From the NCBI GenBank assembly GCA_965116475.1, contig OZ220691.1, forward strand, positions 64,001 to 128,000: 64,000 nt of DNA, read 5' to 3'. Shown piece by piece: positions 1 to 10,642 of the stretch; the first letter of the stretch is position 1; every line of letters begins with the position of its first letter. This stretch comes from Gemmatimonadota bacterium. Its GTDB lineage: Bacteria; Gemmatimonadota; Gemmatimonadetes; Palauibacterales; Palauibacteraceae. Below the pieces are notes generated by a model, which did no database searches, was not told where the DNA came from, and saw only the letters and a program-made list of their open reading frames with translations. The position numbers and the translations under genes are program-made.

Positions 1-52
1 CGCCCAGAATCGCGCCCGCCGCGAAGGCCTGAAAGAGGAAGTCCTGGATCAT
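1..52 (-). CDS. nuoJ: NADH-quinone oxidoreductase subunit J, N-terminus only (runs off the left edge)
   Basis: ATG at 52, just downstream of the nuoI stop, reads MIQDFLFQAFAAGAILG (hydrophobic). This is the expected position after nuoI. Confidence 0.75.
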   Translation of the reverse strand, partial: MIQDFLFQAFAAGAILG

Positions 53-59
53 TGCGCCA

Positions 60-557
60 TCACTGCGACGCCGGGTCCTGCGGATCCCACAGCGCGGTCA
101 CGTCGTGCTCCTGCTCGACGAGCCGCTCGAGGTCGTACACCCAGCGCTCGCGCGAGTACTCCGCGTTCTCGTAGTGCACGCCGAGGTGGATCGCCTCCAC
201 CGGGCACACCTCCTGGCAGTAGCCGCAGAAGATGCAGCGGAACTCGTCGATCTCGTAGATCGCCGCGTAGCGCTCGCCGTTCTCGTCCTCCGCCGGCACC
301 AGCTTGATGCAGTTCACCGGGCACACGGTCGGGCACAGGCCGCACGCGACGCACTTCGCCCGCCCGTCCTCGTGCACCTCCATGCGGTGCGTGCCGCGCG
401 TCCGGGGCGCCAGTTCCCACTTCTCGTCCGGGTACTGCTGCGTCTTCTTGTTCGGGCTCAGGAGGTGCCGCATGGTGATCGACATCCCCTTCGCCGCCGC
501 CCGCACGTACGAACTCTCGGCCCGCGGCCGCTCCACGACCTTCACGTCTCCAGGCAT
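60..557 (-). CDS. nuoI: NADH-quinone oxidoreductase subunit I
   Basis: QYPDEK plus two 4Fe-4S motifs, CVACGLCPTVCP and CIFCGYCQEVCP. Confidence 0.97.
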   Translation of the reverse strand: MPGDVKVVERPRAESSYVRAAAKGMSITMRHLLSPNKKTQQYPDEKWELAPRTRGTHRMEVHEDGRAKCVACGLCPTVCPVNCIKLVPAEDENGERYAAIYEIDEFRCIFCGYCQEVCPVEAIHLGVHYENAEYSRERWVYDLERLVEQEHDVTALWDPQDPASQ

Positions 558-564
558 CTGACCT

Positions 565-1827
565 CTACCCTCCCTGGCCTTTTTTCGCGGCGCCGCCGCC
601 GGCCGACTTCGCCCCCTTCGCCCCGCCGCGGATCAGCGTCCCCCGGTCCATGGCGAAGAAGAGGGCCCCCGCGAGCGCAAGATTCACGAGGAAGAGAACG
701 AACGCGTACCAGCCGCCGGCCGGGATCCCGACCGCCTCGATGCCGAGGATGACGAAGGCGATGACGAGGATGTAGACCGTCACCGCTTCCAGCATGAACT
801 TCCAGCCCAGGTCCATGAGCTGGTCGTAGCGGAAGCGCGGCAGCGTCCACCGAATCCACACAAAGACGAGCACGAGCAGCGACGTCTTCACACCGAAGGC
901 GCCGAGCGTGAGCAGCGTCTTCCACCACGTCGGCTCTCCGATCACCGTTCCATCGGAGAGGACGCGGATATTGTCCCCCTGCCAGAACGGGATGTCCCAC
1001 CCGCCGAGGAAGAAGACGGTGACGAGCGCCGCGACCGTGATCACGTGCGCGAACTCGCCGATCATGAACATCGAGAACTTCATCGCCGAATACTCCGTGT
1101 GGTATCCGGTGATGAGTTCGGCCTCCGCTTCGGGCATGTCGAAGGGAAGGCGGTTCGTCTCGGCGAGTCCCGACACGAAGAAGAAGAAGAGACCGACGAG
1201 GAGCGGGAACACGAACCACGTCGCGTACGTCGCGGGCCCCGCCGTGAACGTCTGCTGCATGGAGACGATCTCGGGGGCGCGCACATCTCCCGTGAGCAGG
1301 ATGAGCGGGACGAGGCTGAGCGCGAGCGCGACCTCGTAGCTCACCATCTGCGCCGAGCCGCGCAGGCCGCCGAGCAGCGAGTACTTCGAGCCGGAGGCCC
1401 AGCCGCCCATGGCGACGCCGTACACGCCGATCGAGCCGATCGCGAGCACGTAGAGGAAGCCGATCGGCACGTCCGCCACGATCATCTCCACGAGTCCCCA
1501 CTGCGTGGGCAGCGGCGCAGCGAAGGGGATGACGGCGAAGAGGATCGTGGCCGGCACGATCGCGAGGACGGGCGCGAGGAGGAAGAAGGGCCGGACCGCC
1601 TGCTCCGGCATCGTCTCTTCCTTGAGGAGGTTCTTGAGCCCGTCGGCGATGACCTGGAGCATTCCCCACGGGCCGACCCGGTTCGGACCGCTCCGGTCCT
1701 GCATGAAGCCGCACACCTTGCGCTCGAAGATCGTGGCGAACATGACCGCGAGCATCAGCACCGAGAAGAAGAGGACGACCTTCCCCACCGTGGCGAGGGC
1801 GAACGCTCCGCCGGTGACCGGGCTCAC
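565..1827 (-). CDS. nuoH: NADH-quinone oxidoreductase subunit H
   Basis: ERKVCGFMQDRSGPNRVG, AETNRLPFDMPEAEAEL and RWTLPRFRYDQLM motifs. The GTG start overlaps the nuoG stop (GTGA). Confidence 0.97.
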   Translation of the reverse strand: MSPVTGGAFALATVGKVVLFFSVLMLAVMFATIFERKVCGFMQDRSGPNRVGPWGMLQVIADGLKNLLKEETMPEQAVRPFFLLAPVLAIVPATILFAVIPFAAPLPTQWGLVEMIVADVPIGFLYVLAIGSIGVYGVAMGGWASGSKYSLLGGLRGSAQMVSYEVALALSLVPLILLTGDVRAPEIVSMQQTFTAGPATYATWFVFPLLVGLFFFFVSGLAETNRLPFDMPEAEAELITGYHTEYSAMKFSMFMIGEFAHVITVAALVTVFFLGGWDIPFWQGDNIRVLSDGTVIGEPTWWKTLLTLGAFGVKTSLLVLVFVWIRWTLPRFRYDQLMDLGWKFMLEAVTVYILVIAFVILGIEAVGIPAGGWYAFVLFLVNLALAGALFFAMDRGTLIRGGAKGAKSAGGGAAKKGQGG

Positions 1828-3482
1828 GCGTCGGCCTCCGCGGCACCGGCGGCTCCGGCAGGACCGGCGACGCCGGCGGCTTCCGCGGCCGCACCGGCGG
1901 CCAGCGCGCCCTTGAGCCCGATCCCGTCCCACGTCAGGCCTGCGAAGGGCGGAGCCTCCGCCGCCATCCGCTCGAACGCGGCCCGCACATCGTTGACGGC
2001 CTCGCCGTCTCCCAGGCGGGCGAGCACGCGACTCAGCACCATCCAGCCCGGGCGAGCCAGGCCCGGCGGCCTCAGGGCCTGGTGGAAGCGCTGCACGCGG
2101 CCCTCGAAGTTCGTGAACGTGCCGCCCATCTCGGCGAAAGTCGCGATCGGGAGCACCGCGTCCGCGTTGCGCGCCGCGCCGGGCAGCCGCGTGCCGACGT
2201 AGAGGAAGAAGCCGGCCGAGGCGCCGAAGTCGTCGCCGGCGCCCTCGAGTTCGTCATCGAGCACGACGAGCGCCCCGCCCGCCGCGGCACCGCCCGCCGC
2301 GCCGTTGGGGAGCGCGTCCGCGCGGCGGCCGCCGAAGAACCCGGCGCCCGCGACGTTCGCGGCGCGATCCGCCCGCAGCTTGAGCGTGGGCACGGTGGGC
2401 AGCGCGGCGGTCTCGCCCTGCGCGACCCGGAAGGCGGCGTCCGCGACGCCAAGCCGGTCGAGGAGCCGCCGGACGTAGAACAGGTTCTCGTTCGAGGCGG
2501 CCGGGGACACGACCGCGCTCCCGCCGGGCGCGCCGAGCGCGTCGATCTTCTCCGCCACCCAGTCGAGCGCCGTCGCCCAGTCCACCGGCCGGAGGTCGCC
2601 GCCGCCGTCGCGGATGAGGGGGACCTCGGCCCGCACACCGCGGTTCGTCATCACGAGGTGCCTGCGGCCGTAGTCGCACATCCACCAGGAGTTGACCGCC
2701 GCGTTGTGCCGCGGCTTCACGCGCACGATCTGGTTCTCCTTCGTGTCGATCGTGACGTTGCAGCCGGTGGGACACCCCGGACACACGCTCGCCGTCGCGT
2801 CCATGTCCCACGCCCGCGCCTTGAACACGAAATCCTCGTGCACGAGCGCGCCGACGGGGCACACGTCGACGATGTTCCCCTGGAAGGGGTTGTCGAGTTC
2901 GCGGCCGGGGAAGGTGTCGATGTAGGCCTTGTCGCCACGCTGGGCGACGATGAGCGAATCGTCCTCCGCGACGTCCCGCATGAAGCGCACGCAGCGCGTG
3001 CAGATGACGCAGCGATCCGCGAAATAGAGGATGTCGTCGGAGATGCGGTCGCGTCCCATGATCCGCTTGGGCTCGTCGACCCGGCTCTCGAGCTGGTTCG
3101 TGACGTAGGCGTAGTCCTGGAGCATGCACTGCCCCGCGGCATCGCAGATCGGGCAGTCGAGCGGGTGGTTGACGAGGAGAAACTCGATGACCGACTGGCG
3201 GGCCGTGCGGGCCGTGTCGCTCGCCGTGTTCACGACCATGTCGTCGGCCGCCTGCAGCGTACACGAGGGCTCGAGCTTGGGGCGTCCCTCGACCTCCACC
3301 AGACACATGCGGCACTGCGCCGGCCGCGTGGGAATGCCCGGATGGTAGCAGTAGCGCGGCACGACGACGCCCACGTGCTCCGCCGCCTCGATGACGCGGG
3401 TGCCGCTCGGGACCGTGACCTCGACCCCGTCGATCGTGAGCGTGACCGTCGCCTTCGCGCCGTTCTCAGGCATCGTCGTCAC
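1824..3482 (-). CDS. nuoG: NADH-quinone oxidoreductase subunit G (short form)
   Basis: CYHP..CRMC..C, NHPLDCPICDAAGQC, CVICTRC and CPGCPTGC..C Fe-S motifs, followed by a molybdopterin-oxidoreductase-like C-terminus. Confidence 0.95.
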   Translation of the reverse strand: MTTMPENGAKATVTLTIDGVEVTVPSGTRVIEAAEHVGVVVPRYCYHPGIPTRPAQCRMCLVEVEGRPKLEPSCTLQAADDMVVNTASDTARTARQSVIEFLLVNHPLDCPICDAAGQCMLQDYAYVTNQLESRVDEPKRIMGRDRISDDILYFADRCVICTRCVRFMRDVAEDDSLIVAQRGDKAYIDTFPGRELDNPFQGNIVDVCPVGALVHEDFVFKARAWDMDATASVCPGCPTGCNVTIDTKENQIVRVKPRHNAAVNSWWMCDYGRRHLVMTNRGVRAEVPLIRDGGGDLRPVDWATALDWVAEKIDALGAPGGSAVVSPAASNENLFYVRRLLDRLGVADAAFRVAQGETAALPTVPTLKLRADRAANVAGAGFFGGRRADALPNGAAGGAAAGGALVVLDDELEGAGDDFGASAGFFLYVGTRLPGAARNADAVLPIATFAEMGGTFTNFEGRVQRFHQALRPPGLARPGWMVLSRVLARLGDGEAVNDVRAAFERMAAEAPPFAGLTWDGIGLKGALAAGAAAEAAGVAGPAGAAGAAEADA

Positions 3483-3492
3483 CCGCCATGCC

Positions 3493-4782
3493 TCACCCCG
3501 CCGCGACCAGAGAAGGCTTCATCAGCGCCTCGTAGTCGGCGCGGAACTTGTCGAGCGAGGACTCGAGCGGGAACACGACGCTGTCGGCCAGCACGCAGAT
3601 CGTGCGTCCCGTCATCTGCTCGCACAGCTCGTACAGCGTGTCGATGTCGCCCGGACGCCCGTCCCCCGCCTCGATGCGCTGCAGGATGCGGACGACCCAC
3701 GACGTGCCCTCGCGGCACTGCACGCACTGGCCGCACGACTCGTGTGCATAGAATTGAGCAATCCGGCGCATGGCGGCGACGATGTCCGTGTCCTCGTCCA
3801 TCACGATCGGCGAGGCGGTGCCGAGCGCGCTGCCCGCCTCCGCCAGCCCCTCGTACGTCGTCGCGCAGTCGAGTTCGTCGCCGCTCAGGAACGCGGTGGA
3901 CGACCCGCCCGGGATCACGGCCTTCACCGGCTTGCCCGAGGGCGTGCCGCCGCAGGCGTCGAAGATGATGTCGCTCAGGGGAAGCCCCAGCGCGAACTCG
4001 TAGTTGCCGGGGCGCACGAGGTGGCCCGAGCAGCTCCACAGCTTCGTGCCGGGCGACTGCTCGCTCCCCCACTGCCGGTACCAGTCGGCGCCGTGCTCGA
4101 GGATCATGGGGACCGCCGCGAGCGTCTCGACGTTGTTCACCGTCGTCGGCATCCCGAACGCCCCGGCCTGCGCCGGGAAGGGCGGCTTCGCCCAGGGCTC
4201 CGCGCGGTTGCCCATGAGCGAGTTCATGAGGCCGGTCTCCTCGCCCGCGATGTACGCCCCCGCGCCGGCGTGGATCGTCACGTCGCACGACCACGACGAG
4301 CCCAGGATGCCCTCCCCCGCCAGGCCGTGCTCGTATGCCTCCACGACCGCGGCGTTCAGCACCTGCGTTTCCTCGAAGAACTCGCCCCGGACATAGATGT
4401 AGGCGTGCTCCGCCCCGATCGCGCGCGCCGCGATCAGGCAGCCCTCGATGAGGAGGTGGGGCGTCCAGCGGATGACCTCGCGGTCCTTGAAGGCGCCCGG
4501 CTCGGATTCGTCCGCGTTGCAGCACAGGTAGTGCGGCTTGCCGTCGTCCTTCGGCATGAAGCTCCACTTGAGTCCCGTCGGGAAGCCGGCCCCGCCCCGC
4601 CCGCGGAGTCCGGAGGCCTTCACGACCTCGGTGATCTCGGCGGGCGACAGGTCGAGCGACTTCCGGAGCGCCTCGTAGCCGCCGCGCGCGCGCCAGCCGT
4701 CGAGCGTCCGCGCCTCCGCCTCGCCCTGGTGCCGCGAGAGCCGGGTCGTCGTCTCGAGGTCGCTGCCGTGCGGGAAGCTCAT
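3493..4782 (-). CDS. nuoF: NADH-quinone oxidoreductase subunit F
   Basis: SGLRGRGGAGFPTGLKW, NADESEPG, GAGAYIAGEET and ESCGQCVQCREG. The start MSFPHG overlaps the nuoE stop. Confidence 0.97.
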   Translation of the reverse strand: MSFPHGSDLETTTRLSRHQGEAEARTLDGWRARGGYEALRKSLDLSPAEITEVVKASGLRGRGGAGFPTGLKWSFMPKDDGKPHYLCCNADESEPGAFKDREVIRWTPHLLIEGCLIAARAIGAEHAYIYVRGEFFEETQVLNAAVVEAYEHGLAGEGILGSSWSCDVTIHAGAGAYIAGEETGLMNSLMGNRAEPWAKPPFPAQAGAFGMPTTVNNVETLAAVPMILEHGADWYRQWGSEQSPGTKLWSCSGHLVRPGNYEFALGLPLSDIIFDACGGTPSGKPVKAVIPGGSSTAFLSGDELDCATTYEGLAEAGSALGTASPIVMDEDTDIVAAMRRIAQFYAHESCGQCVQCREGTSWVVRILQRIEAGDGRPGDIDTLYELCEQMTGRTICVLADSVVFPLESSLDKFRADYEALMKPSLVAAG

Positions 4783-5390
4783 GCGCCGCCTCCCCCCTCC
4801 GGTCGGCCCACGGCCGACCCGCTGGCCGCGTCGCCGTCGGGCGCCCCGCGGAGGTTCGCGACGATCCCGGGCACCCGCTCCGGCGTCACGTCCTCGAGGT
4901 AGCGATCGTTGACCTGCACGACCGTGGCGAAGCCGCAGGCGCCGAGACACTCCGCCTCGATCACGGTGAACTCGCCGTCCTCCGAGATCTCCCCCTCCCG
5001 CGTCCCCGTCTCGGCGAGGAAGCCGCGCAGGACCTCTTCGGCGCGGTTCAGGTGGCAGGAGATGTTCGTGCACACCTGGACGAAGTGACGTCCGACCGGA
5101 TGCTTGTTGTACATCGTGTAGAAGGTCGCGATCGAGTGCACGTAGGCCGGTGTCAGGTCCAGGGCCTCGGCCACTTCGACCATGTCCGGCGGCTCGATCC
5201 ACCCCTTCACCGACTGCACGAAGCCGAGCATGGGGAGGAGCGCCGCCTGCTTCGTCGGATAGCGGGAGAGGGCCGCCTCCAACCGCTGCTTCCCCTCCTT
5301 CGTCTCGAAGATGGGACCGTCGAACGTCTCCCTCGCCGTCAACTGGAAGGGCTGCGCCCCGACGACCGCGGGATGGATGCGCCGGCTCAC
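4779..5390 (-). CDS. nuoE: NADH-quinone oxidoreductase subunit E
   Basis: ATFYTMY, VCTNISC and ECLGAC 2Fe-2S motifs. The GTG start overlaps the nuoCD stop. Confidence 0.95.
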   Translation of the reverse strand: MSRRIHPAVVGAQPFQLTARETFDGPIFETKEGKQRLEAALSRYPTKQAALLPMLGFVQSVKGWIEPPDMVEVAEALDLTPAYVHSIATFYTMYNKHPVGRHFVQVCTNISCHLNRAEEVLRGFLAETGTREGEISEDGEFTVIEAECLGACGFATVVQVNDRYLEDVTPERVPGIVANLRGAPDGDAASGSAVGRPEGGGGA

Positions 5391-7318
5391 CGGTCGATCT
5401 CTCCGAGCACGACGTCGAGCGAGGCGTTGATCGCCACGACATCCGCGACGAGTTCGCCCTGCACGAGTTCCGGCAGCGACGCGATGTTGATGAACGACGG
5501 GCCGCGGAAACGGCAGCGGACGGGCTTCGTGCCGCCATCGGAGATGATCCCGAACCCCAGTTCGCCCTTCGAGCTTTCGATCGAGTACCACGTCTCGCCC
5601 GCCGGCACGCGGACGCCCTCCATCACGAGCTTGAAGTGCGAGATCATCGTGTCGATCGACCCCATCGCCTCCCCCTTCGGGGGCAGCACGATCCGGTAGT
5701 CGTCGATGTTGATGGGGCCGCCCGGCAGCCGGTCCAGCGCCTGCTCGATGATGCGGACGCTCTGCCGCATCTCCTCCACCCGCACGAGATAGCGGTCGTA
5801 GACGTCGCCCGCCGTCCCCACGGGCACGTCGAAGTCGTACTCCTCGTAGCCGAGGTAGGGACGCGCCTTCCGCACGTCGTAGGCCACGCCGCTCGCGCGC
5901 AGCGTGGGTCCGGTGACGCCGTAGCTCACCGCCTTGTCGGCCGCGAGCACCCCGATGTCCATCGTGCGACCCTGCCAGATCGCATTGCGCGACAGGAGCC
6001 GCTCGACCTCGTCCAGCGTCTCCGGGAAGGAGGCCGTGAAGTCGCGCGCCGCCGCCGTCCAGCCCACGGGCAGGTCCGCCATCATCCCGCCCACCCGCGT
6101 GACGGAGGTCGTGATCCGCCCCCCCGTGTAGGCCTCGTGCAGGTTGTAGATCCGCTCGCGCTCCTGGAAGGTGTAGAGGAAGACGGAGAAGGCGCCGATG
6201 TCGATCGCCGTCGTCCCCAGCCACAACAGGTGGCCGAGGATGCGGTTCAACTCGCCGAGGATGACGCGGACCACGCGGCAGCGCTCCGTGATCTCGATGT
6301 CGAGGAGCGCCTCGACGGCCCCGGCGTAGCCGATGTTGTAGAGCATCGGCGCGAGGTAGTCCATGCGGTCCGTGTAGGGGACGCACTGGTTCCACTCGCG
6401 GAACTCGCACGTCTTCTCGAAGCCCGTGTGCAGGTACCCGATATGGGGGGAGCAGCGCACGATGCGCTCTCCGTCGAGCTGGAGCACGAGCCTGAGCACG
6501 CCGTGTGTGGCGGGGTGCTGCGGTCCCATGTTGATGAGGATGGGTGCGCCCTCGAGCGCGTCCTCGGGTTTCTCGTCGGGGCTCACATCGCGGATCCCGG
6601 CCGGCGCGCCGCCGTCCTCCTCGCGCTCCGACGGAGCCCGCACCTCTCCCTCGTCGGTGACGGCGTAGCCCGCCAGTTCCAACTCCTCGACGGCGTACAT
6701 GTCGACGAGGTCGCGGGAGAGCGCGCGGCTCACCTGCGCGGAGCGGCTGAAGCGCCCGCGGAGCGGAAAGTCCTTTCGGAGCGGGAAGCCTTCCTCGTAG
6801 TTCTCCGGCATGAGGATGCGGCGCAGGTCCGGATGGCCGCGGAAGCTCACGCCGTACATGTCCCACGCCTCGCGCTCGAGCCAGTCGGCGGCGAGCCACT
6901 GGTCGGTGACGCTGTCCAGCTCGAGGTCATCCATCGGCACCTCGCACGCGACCCGGAGCTGGCGGCCGTGCGCCATGGACCACAGCTGATACCACACCTG
7001 GATCGGGGCGCCGATGCCGCCATGCGCCCCCATGAGGTCCGCGAGCAGATCGTACGCCTGGTCGGGCGCCTCGCGCAGGAAGCGCAGCGCCTCGGCGTTG
7101 ATGCCGGGGTCGATCCACACGACGGGGTAGCCGAGCGCGTCGCTCTCCACGCGGCGCACGCCCTCGCCGAAGCGCTCGCGAAGGGCGCGGACGGAGGGAT
7201 GGCTCGCCGCCTCCCCGCCGGGGGACGAGCCCCGCACCATGCCCGGAGGCGCGGTCGTCGTCGCGGTCGTCAACGGCGGGGCGCTCCGCTCAATCCCGGT
7301 GTTCCAGGCGGCGTTCAC
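5387..7318 (-). CDS. nuoCD: Fused NADH-quinone oxidoreductase subunit C/D
   Basis: NuoC motifs ([28 protein letters not shown]) are followed in frame by NuoD motifs ([20 protein letters not shown]-terminal GEIDR). Confidence 0.96.
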   Translation of the reverse strand: MNAAWNTGIERSAPPLTTATTTAPPGMVRGSSPGGEAASHPSVRALRERFGEGVRRVESDALGYPVVWIDPGINAEALRFLREAPDQAYDLLADLMGAHGGIGAPIQVWYQLWSMAHGRQLRVACEVPMDDLELDSVTDQWLAADWLEREAWDMYGVSFRGHPDLRRILMPENYEEGFPLRKDFPLRGRFSRSAQVSRALSRDLVDMYAVEELELAGYAVTDEGEVRAPSEREEDGGAPAGIRDVSPDEKPEDALEGAPILINMGPQHPATHGVLRLVLQLDGERIVRCSPHIGYLHTGFEKTCEFREWNQCVPYTDRMDYLAPMLYNIGYAGAVEALLDIEITERCRVVRVILGELNRILGHLLWLGTTAIDIGAFSVFLYTFQERERIYNLHEAYTGGRITTSVTRVGGMMADLPVGWTAAARDFTASFPETLDEVERLLSRNAIWQGRTMDIGVLAADKAVSYGVTGPTLRASGVAYDVRKARPYLGYEEYDFDVPVGTAGDVYDRYLVRVEEMRQSVRIIEQALDRLPGGPINIDDYRIVLPPKGEAMGSIDTMISHFKLVMEGVRVPAGETWYSIESSKGELGFGIISDGGTKPVRCRFRGPSFINIASLPELVQGELVADVVAINASLDVVLGEIDR

Positions 7319-7991
7319 GCCGGTCGCGGGACCGGGCCAGCGCGGAGGTCGGGCCGAGCCCGCTCATGCGGTTCTGGTTCGTCGAGTTGCCGAACGGCTG
7401 CGCGACGAGTTCGATCGTTTCCGGCGGCAGGTTCGGGCGTCCCACCGCCTCCGGAGCTTCGTCCCGCGCGCGGGGATCGGCGAGCGACTCGCCCTTGATC
7501 TTCTCCTGGACCATGAGGAGTCCGTAGATGAGCCCCTCCGGCCGCGGCGGACAGCCCGGGACGTACACATCGACCGGCACGATCGTGTCGATCCCCTGGA
7601 CGATCGTGTAGTTGTCGAACATCCCGCCGGAACTCGCGCACGCGCCCATCGACACGCACCACTTGGGCTGCGGCATCTGATCCCACACGCGGCGCAGGAC
7701 CGGGGCCAGCTTGTAGGTGACCCGGCCGGCGACGATCATCAGGTCCGCCTGGCGGGGGCTGAAGGACATGCGCTCCATCCCGAAGCGGCCGATGTCGTAC
7801 TTGCTCGCGGCCGACGCCATCATCTCGATCGCGCAGCAGGCGGTGCCGAACGGCATGGGCCACAGCGAGTTGCGGCGCGCCCAGTTGATGACGTAGTCGA
7901 GCTTCGTCGTCATCCAGTTGTGCGGGATACCGGTATCGAGCCTGCCCTCGTCCGCGAGGCTGCCGGGTGGCAGCGTGTCGAGCGGCTTCAT
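7290..7991 (-). CDS. nuoB: NADH-quinone oxidoreductase subunit B
   Basis: [26 protein letters not shown] and VPGCPPRPE. Confidence 0.97.
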   Translation of the reverse strand: MKPLDTLPPGSLADEGRLDTGIPHNWMTTKLDYVINWARRNSLWPMPFGTACCAIEMMASAASKYDIGRFGMERMSFSPRQADLMIVAGRVTYKLAPVLRRVWDQMPQPKWCVSMGACASSGGMFDNYTIVQGIDTIVPVDVYVPGCPPRPEGLIYGLLMVQEKIKGESLADPRARDEAPEAVGRPNLPPETIELVAQPFGNSTNQNRMSGLGPTSALARSRDRRERRLEHRD

Positions 7992-8016
7992 GGCGCGGCT
8001 CCGACCGGTCCCGAGT

Positions 8017-8373
8017 TCAGTCCCATTCGAGGGCTCCCTTCTTCCAGGCGTACACGAGTCCGACGCCGAGCACCGTGAGGAACGCGGTGATCTCCACGAA
8101 CCCGACCATCCCCAGCTCCCGGAAGATCGCCGCCCACGGAATGAGGAAGAGCGTCTCGATGTCGAGGACGATGAAAAGCATCGCCACGATGTAGAAGTTG
8201 ACCGAGAACCGCTCCCGCGTCGTCCCGAGCGGGGGAATCCCCGACTCGTACGGGCTTGCCTTCACCGGAGTCGGTCGGCGCGAACCGACGAAGTGCGATA
8301 CGCCCATCATCGCGGCAGCGTTCAGCACGCCGACCAACGCGAGGATCAGGATGCCGAGATATGGGTCGAGCAA
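8017..8373 (-). CDS. nuoA: NADH-quinone oxidoreductase subunit A
   Basis: [19 protein letters not shown] and KKGALEW. TTG start at 8373 with a GAGGAG Shine-Dalgarno upstream. Confidence 0.95.
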   Translation of the reverse strand: MLDPYLGILILALVGVLNAAAMMGVSHFVGSRRPTPVKASPYESGIPPLGTTRERFSVNFYIVAMLFIVLDIETLFLIPWAAIFRELGMVGFVEITAFLTVLGVGLVYAWKKGALEWD

Positions 8374-8398
8374 GGGGGTTCGCTCCTCTCGTGCGAGC

Positions 8399-8416
8399 TT
8401 GTGAATTTCTTCACTT
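8399..8416. promoter_or_regulatory. Rex-type (alternatively CRP-family) operator upstream of the nuo operon
   Basis: TTGTGAATTTCTTCACTT versus the Rex consensus TTGTGAA-N4-TTCACAA. It is an AT-rich palindrome 25 bp upstream of the nuoA start. Confidence 0.65.
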
Positions 8417-8489
8417 TCCCGCGCCGCGAAGGTATCGCGGAGGAGTAGGAGCGGCAAGCGGTATTTGGCCTCGGAAGCAGAGGGAGCGA

Positions 8490-9365
8490 GTGAGTCGAAA
8501 GCGGGCTTTGGTACGCACTGTGACGATCCGCGACGGCACCGTGCGCGTGACGGTTCTGGGACAGGGGCGCCCCGTCCTTTTCCTGCACGGGATCAGCGCC
8601 CACGGCCGCGCCTGGCGGCCCGTCGCAGAGCGCTTCGCCGAGGCACATCCGGGGTGGGAATGTTGGCTTCCCGACCTGCCGGGACGGGGCGCGTCGGACG
8701 CGCGGGCGGAGCTCTCCTACACGCTGGATGACGAGGTGCGGCGGGTTCGCGCCGTCACGCGGTTGCTCGCGCCGGATGGCCCCCGGCCGCAACTCGTCGC
8801 CGGGCACTCCCAGGGCGCTGCCATCGCCCTCGCACTCGCGGAGGTGGAACCGGGCATCGGAGGTCTGCTGCTCTCGAATCCGGTCACGCCGGAGGTCCGG
8901 AGCCCATCCATCCTCCGGCTGCTGCGGTCGTCCGCGGTGCGCCGGGCCGTCGGCAGCCTCCTGGCGCCGCTGCACGCGTCGCTGGGCCACCTGGTGCTGA
9001 GGCGGGCGTGCGGTCCCGCTTTCCGCGCCCCTTCGGAGCTGGTGGCCGCCTACGCCCGGCCCTGGGCAAGCCCGGCGCGCGCCCGGACACTCCTGCGCAT
9101 CCTGGCCGACTGGCGTCCGGCGGAACTCGAGGAGCGCATGCCCTCGCGCCCGATCGCCGCACACGTCGTGACCGGCGCGCACGATCCGAGGATCCCGGTT
9201 GAAGCGGCGAAGCGCCTCGCCTCGCGCCTCGACTGCGACCTCACCGTGTCACCCGACGGCGGGCACGTGCTGACCGAGCAGCACCCGGGCCTGCTCGCCC
9301 GCCTCCTCGGAGAAGTCGCCGGCCGGCTGCCCCCTCCGTCGGCTCCTAGAGTTTCGGGGGGGTGA
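8490..9365 (+). CDS. Alpha/beta-fold hydrolase
   Basis: LFLHG, DLPGRG, nucleophile elbow GHSQG, G..D and GGH. The start is uncertain. Confidence 0.88.
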   Translation: MSRKRALVRTVTIRDGTVRVTVLGQGRPVLFLHGISAHGRAWRPVAERFAEAHPGWECWLPDLPGRGASDARAELSYTLDDEVRRVRAVTRLLAPDGPRPQLVAGHSQGAAIALALAEVEPGIGGLLLSNPVTPEVRSPSILRLLRSSAVRRAVGSLLAPLHASLGHLVLRRACGPAFRAPSELVAAYARPWASPARARTLLRILADWRPAELEERMPSRPIAAHVVTGAHDPRIPVEAAKRLASRLDCDLTVSPDGGHVLTEQHPGLLARLLGEVAGRLPPPSAPRVSGG

Positions 9366-9900
9366 CGCCGGTCTGGCCCTGGTACTTGCCCGCCTTGTCG
9401 GCGTAGCTGACCTCGCACTCCTCGTCCGACTCGAAGAAGAGGACCTGCGCGATCCCCTCGTTCGCGTACACGCGGGCCGGAAGCGGCGTCGTGTTCGAGA
9501 TCTCCAGCGTCACGTGCCCTTCCCACTCGGGCTCGAAGGGCGTGACGTTCACGATGAGGCCGCAGCGCGCGTAGGTACTCTTCCCCACGCAGATCGTGAG
9601 GATGTTGCGCGGAATCCGGAAGTACTCGATGGAGCGCGCGAGGGCGAAGGAGTTCGGGGGGATGATGCAGACGTCGCCCGAGTACTCGAGGAAGGAGCGC
9701 TCGTCGAACTTCTTCGGGTCGACGACCGGGAAGAGCGCGTTGTGGAAGATCCGGAATTCGTCGGCGACGCGCATGTCGTAGCCGTAGCTGCTGACGCCGT
9801 AGGAGATGACACCGTCGCGGATCTGGCGGTCGGCGAAGGGTTCGATCATCCCGTGCTTGCGCGCCATGCGCCGAATCCATCCGTCGCTCTTGATCGCCAA
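9346..9900 (-). CDS. dcd: dCTP deaminase
   Basis: [28 protein letters not shown] and KYQGQ. Confidence 0.97.
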   Translation of the reverse strand: MAIKSDGWIRRMARKHGMIEPFADRQIRDGVISYGVSSYGYDMRVADEFRIFHNALFPVVDPKKFDERSFLEYSGDVCIIPPNSFALARSIEYFRIPRNILTICVGKSTYARCGLIVNVTPFEPEWEGHVTLEISNTTPLPARVYANEGIAQVLFFESDEECEVSYADKAGKYQGQTGVTPPKL

Positions 9901-9996
9901 TCGGACCTCTCGGTGGGGGGGACGGCCGCTCGCGAGTCAACTTCCGTCGAGTGAACCTATGCGTGCGTCAAGGGGTGCGGCCCACCACGCCGGGCC

Positions 9997-10386
9997 TCAG
10001 GTGCGAGTGAGGGCGATCCAGGCGGCCCAGATCCAGGCGGCGATGAGGGCGGCGCCGCCGACGGGCGTGACCGCGCCGAGCCAGCCGAGGCCGGACAGGG
10101 CGAGGGCGTAGAGCGTGCCGCTGAACACCGCGACGCCGGCCAGCATCAGGAGCCCGGGACAGTGCCACGCCGCACCGGGCCAGCGGGCCGCCGCGAGGCC
10201 GAGCAGGATGAGCCCGAGGGCGTGCAACATGTGGTAGCGGGCCGCGGTGTCGAAGATCGCGAGGGCGTCCGCCGACAGGCGGCCTTCGAGCGAGTGCGCG
10301 CCGAACGCTCCGGCGGCGACGCCCAGCCCCGCGAGCAGACACCCGACCGCGAGGAGCCCGCGGTGTGGCGACCCGGCGACAGTCAA
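9997..10386 (-). CDS. DUF423 / YgdD-TMEM256 family membrane protein
   Basis: GAFGAH, TAARYHMLH, FSGTLY and GAVTPVGG. Confidence 0.9.
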   Translation of the reverse strand: MTVAGSPHRGLLAVGCLLAGLGVAAGAFGAHSLEGRLSADALAIFDTAARYHMLHALGLILLGLAAARWPGAAWHCPGLLMLAGVAVFSGTLYALALSGLGWLGAVTPVGGAALIAAWIWAAWIALTRT

Positions 10387-10396
10387 GCGAAGACGG

Positions 10397-10642
10397 TCAG
10401 TCGAACATCGGCGCCGCGCCCGCGCCCGCCCTCCGCGCCGCCTCGCCGGCGATCGTCTCCATGACCCGGTCCCAGCGCTCCGGACTCAACTCGGCCAGCG
10501 TGGCTTCGAGGAGGGCCGCCAGTTCGGCCCCTTCCTCGCGCCGCATGGGGGAATCGCCGTCTTCGAGTTCGAGCCGGCGGCGCAGGTCGGTCGCGCGTTC
10601 GAGCAGATCCCTGTGGCGGAGTCGTTCCTCGTAGTTGGTCAT
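10397..10642 (-). CDS. Hypothetical protein (81 aa, helical and acidic)
   Basis: The ATG overlaps the moaA stop (ATGA) and reads MTNYEERLRHRDLLERA... Confidence 0.65.
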   Translation of the reverse strand: MTNYEERLRHRDLLERATDLRRRLELEDGDSPMRREEGAELAALLEATLAELSPERWDRVMETIAGEAARRAGAGAAPMFD

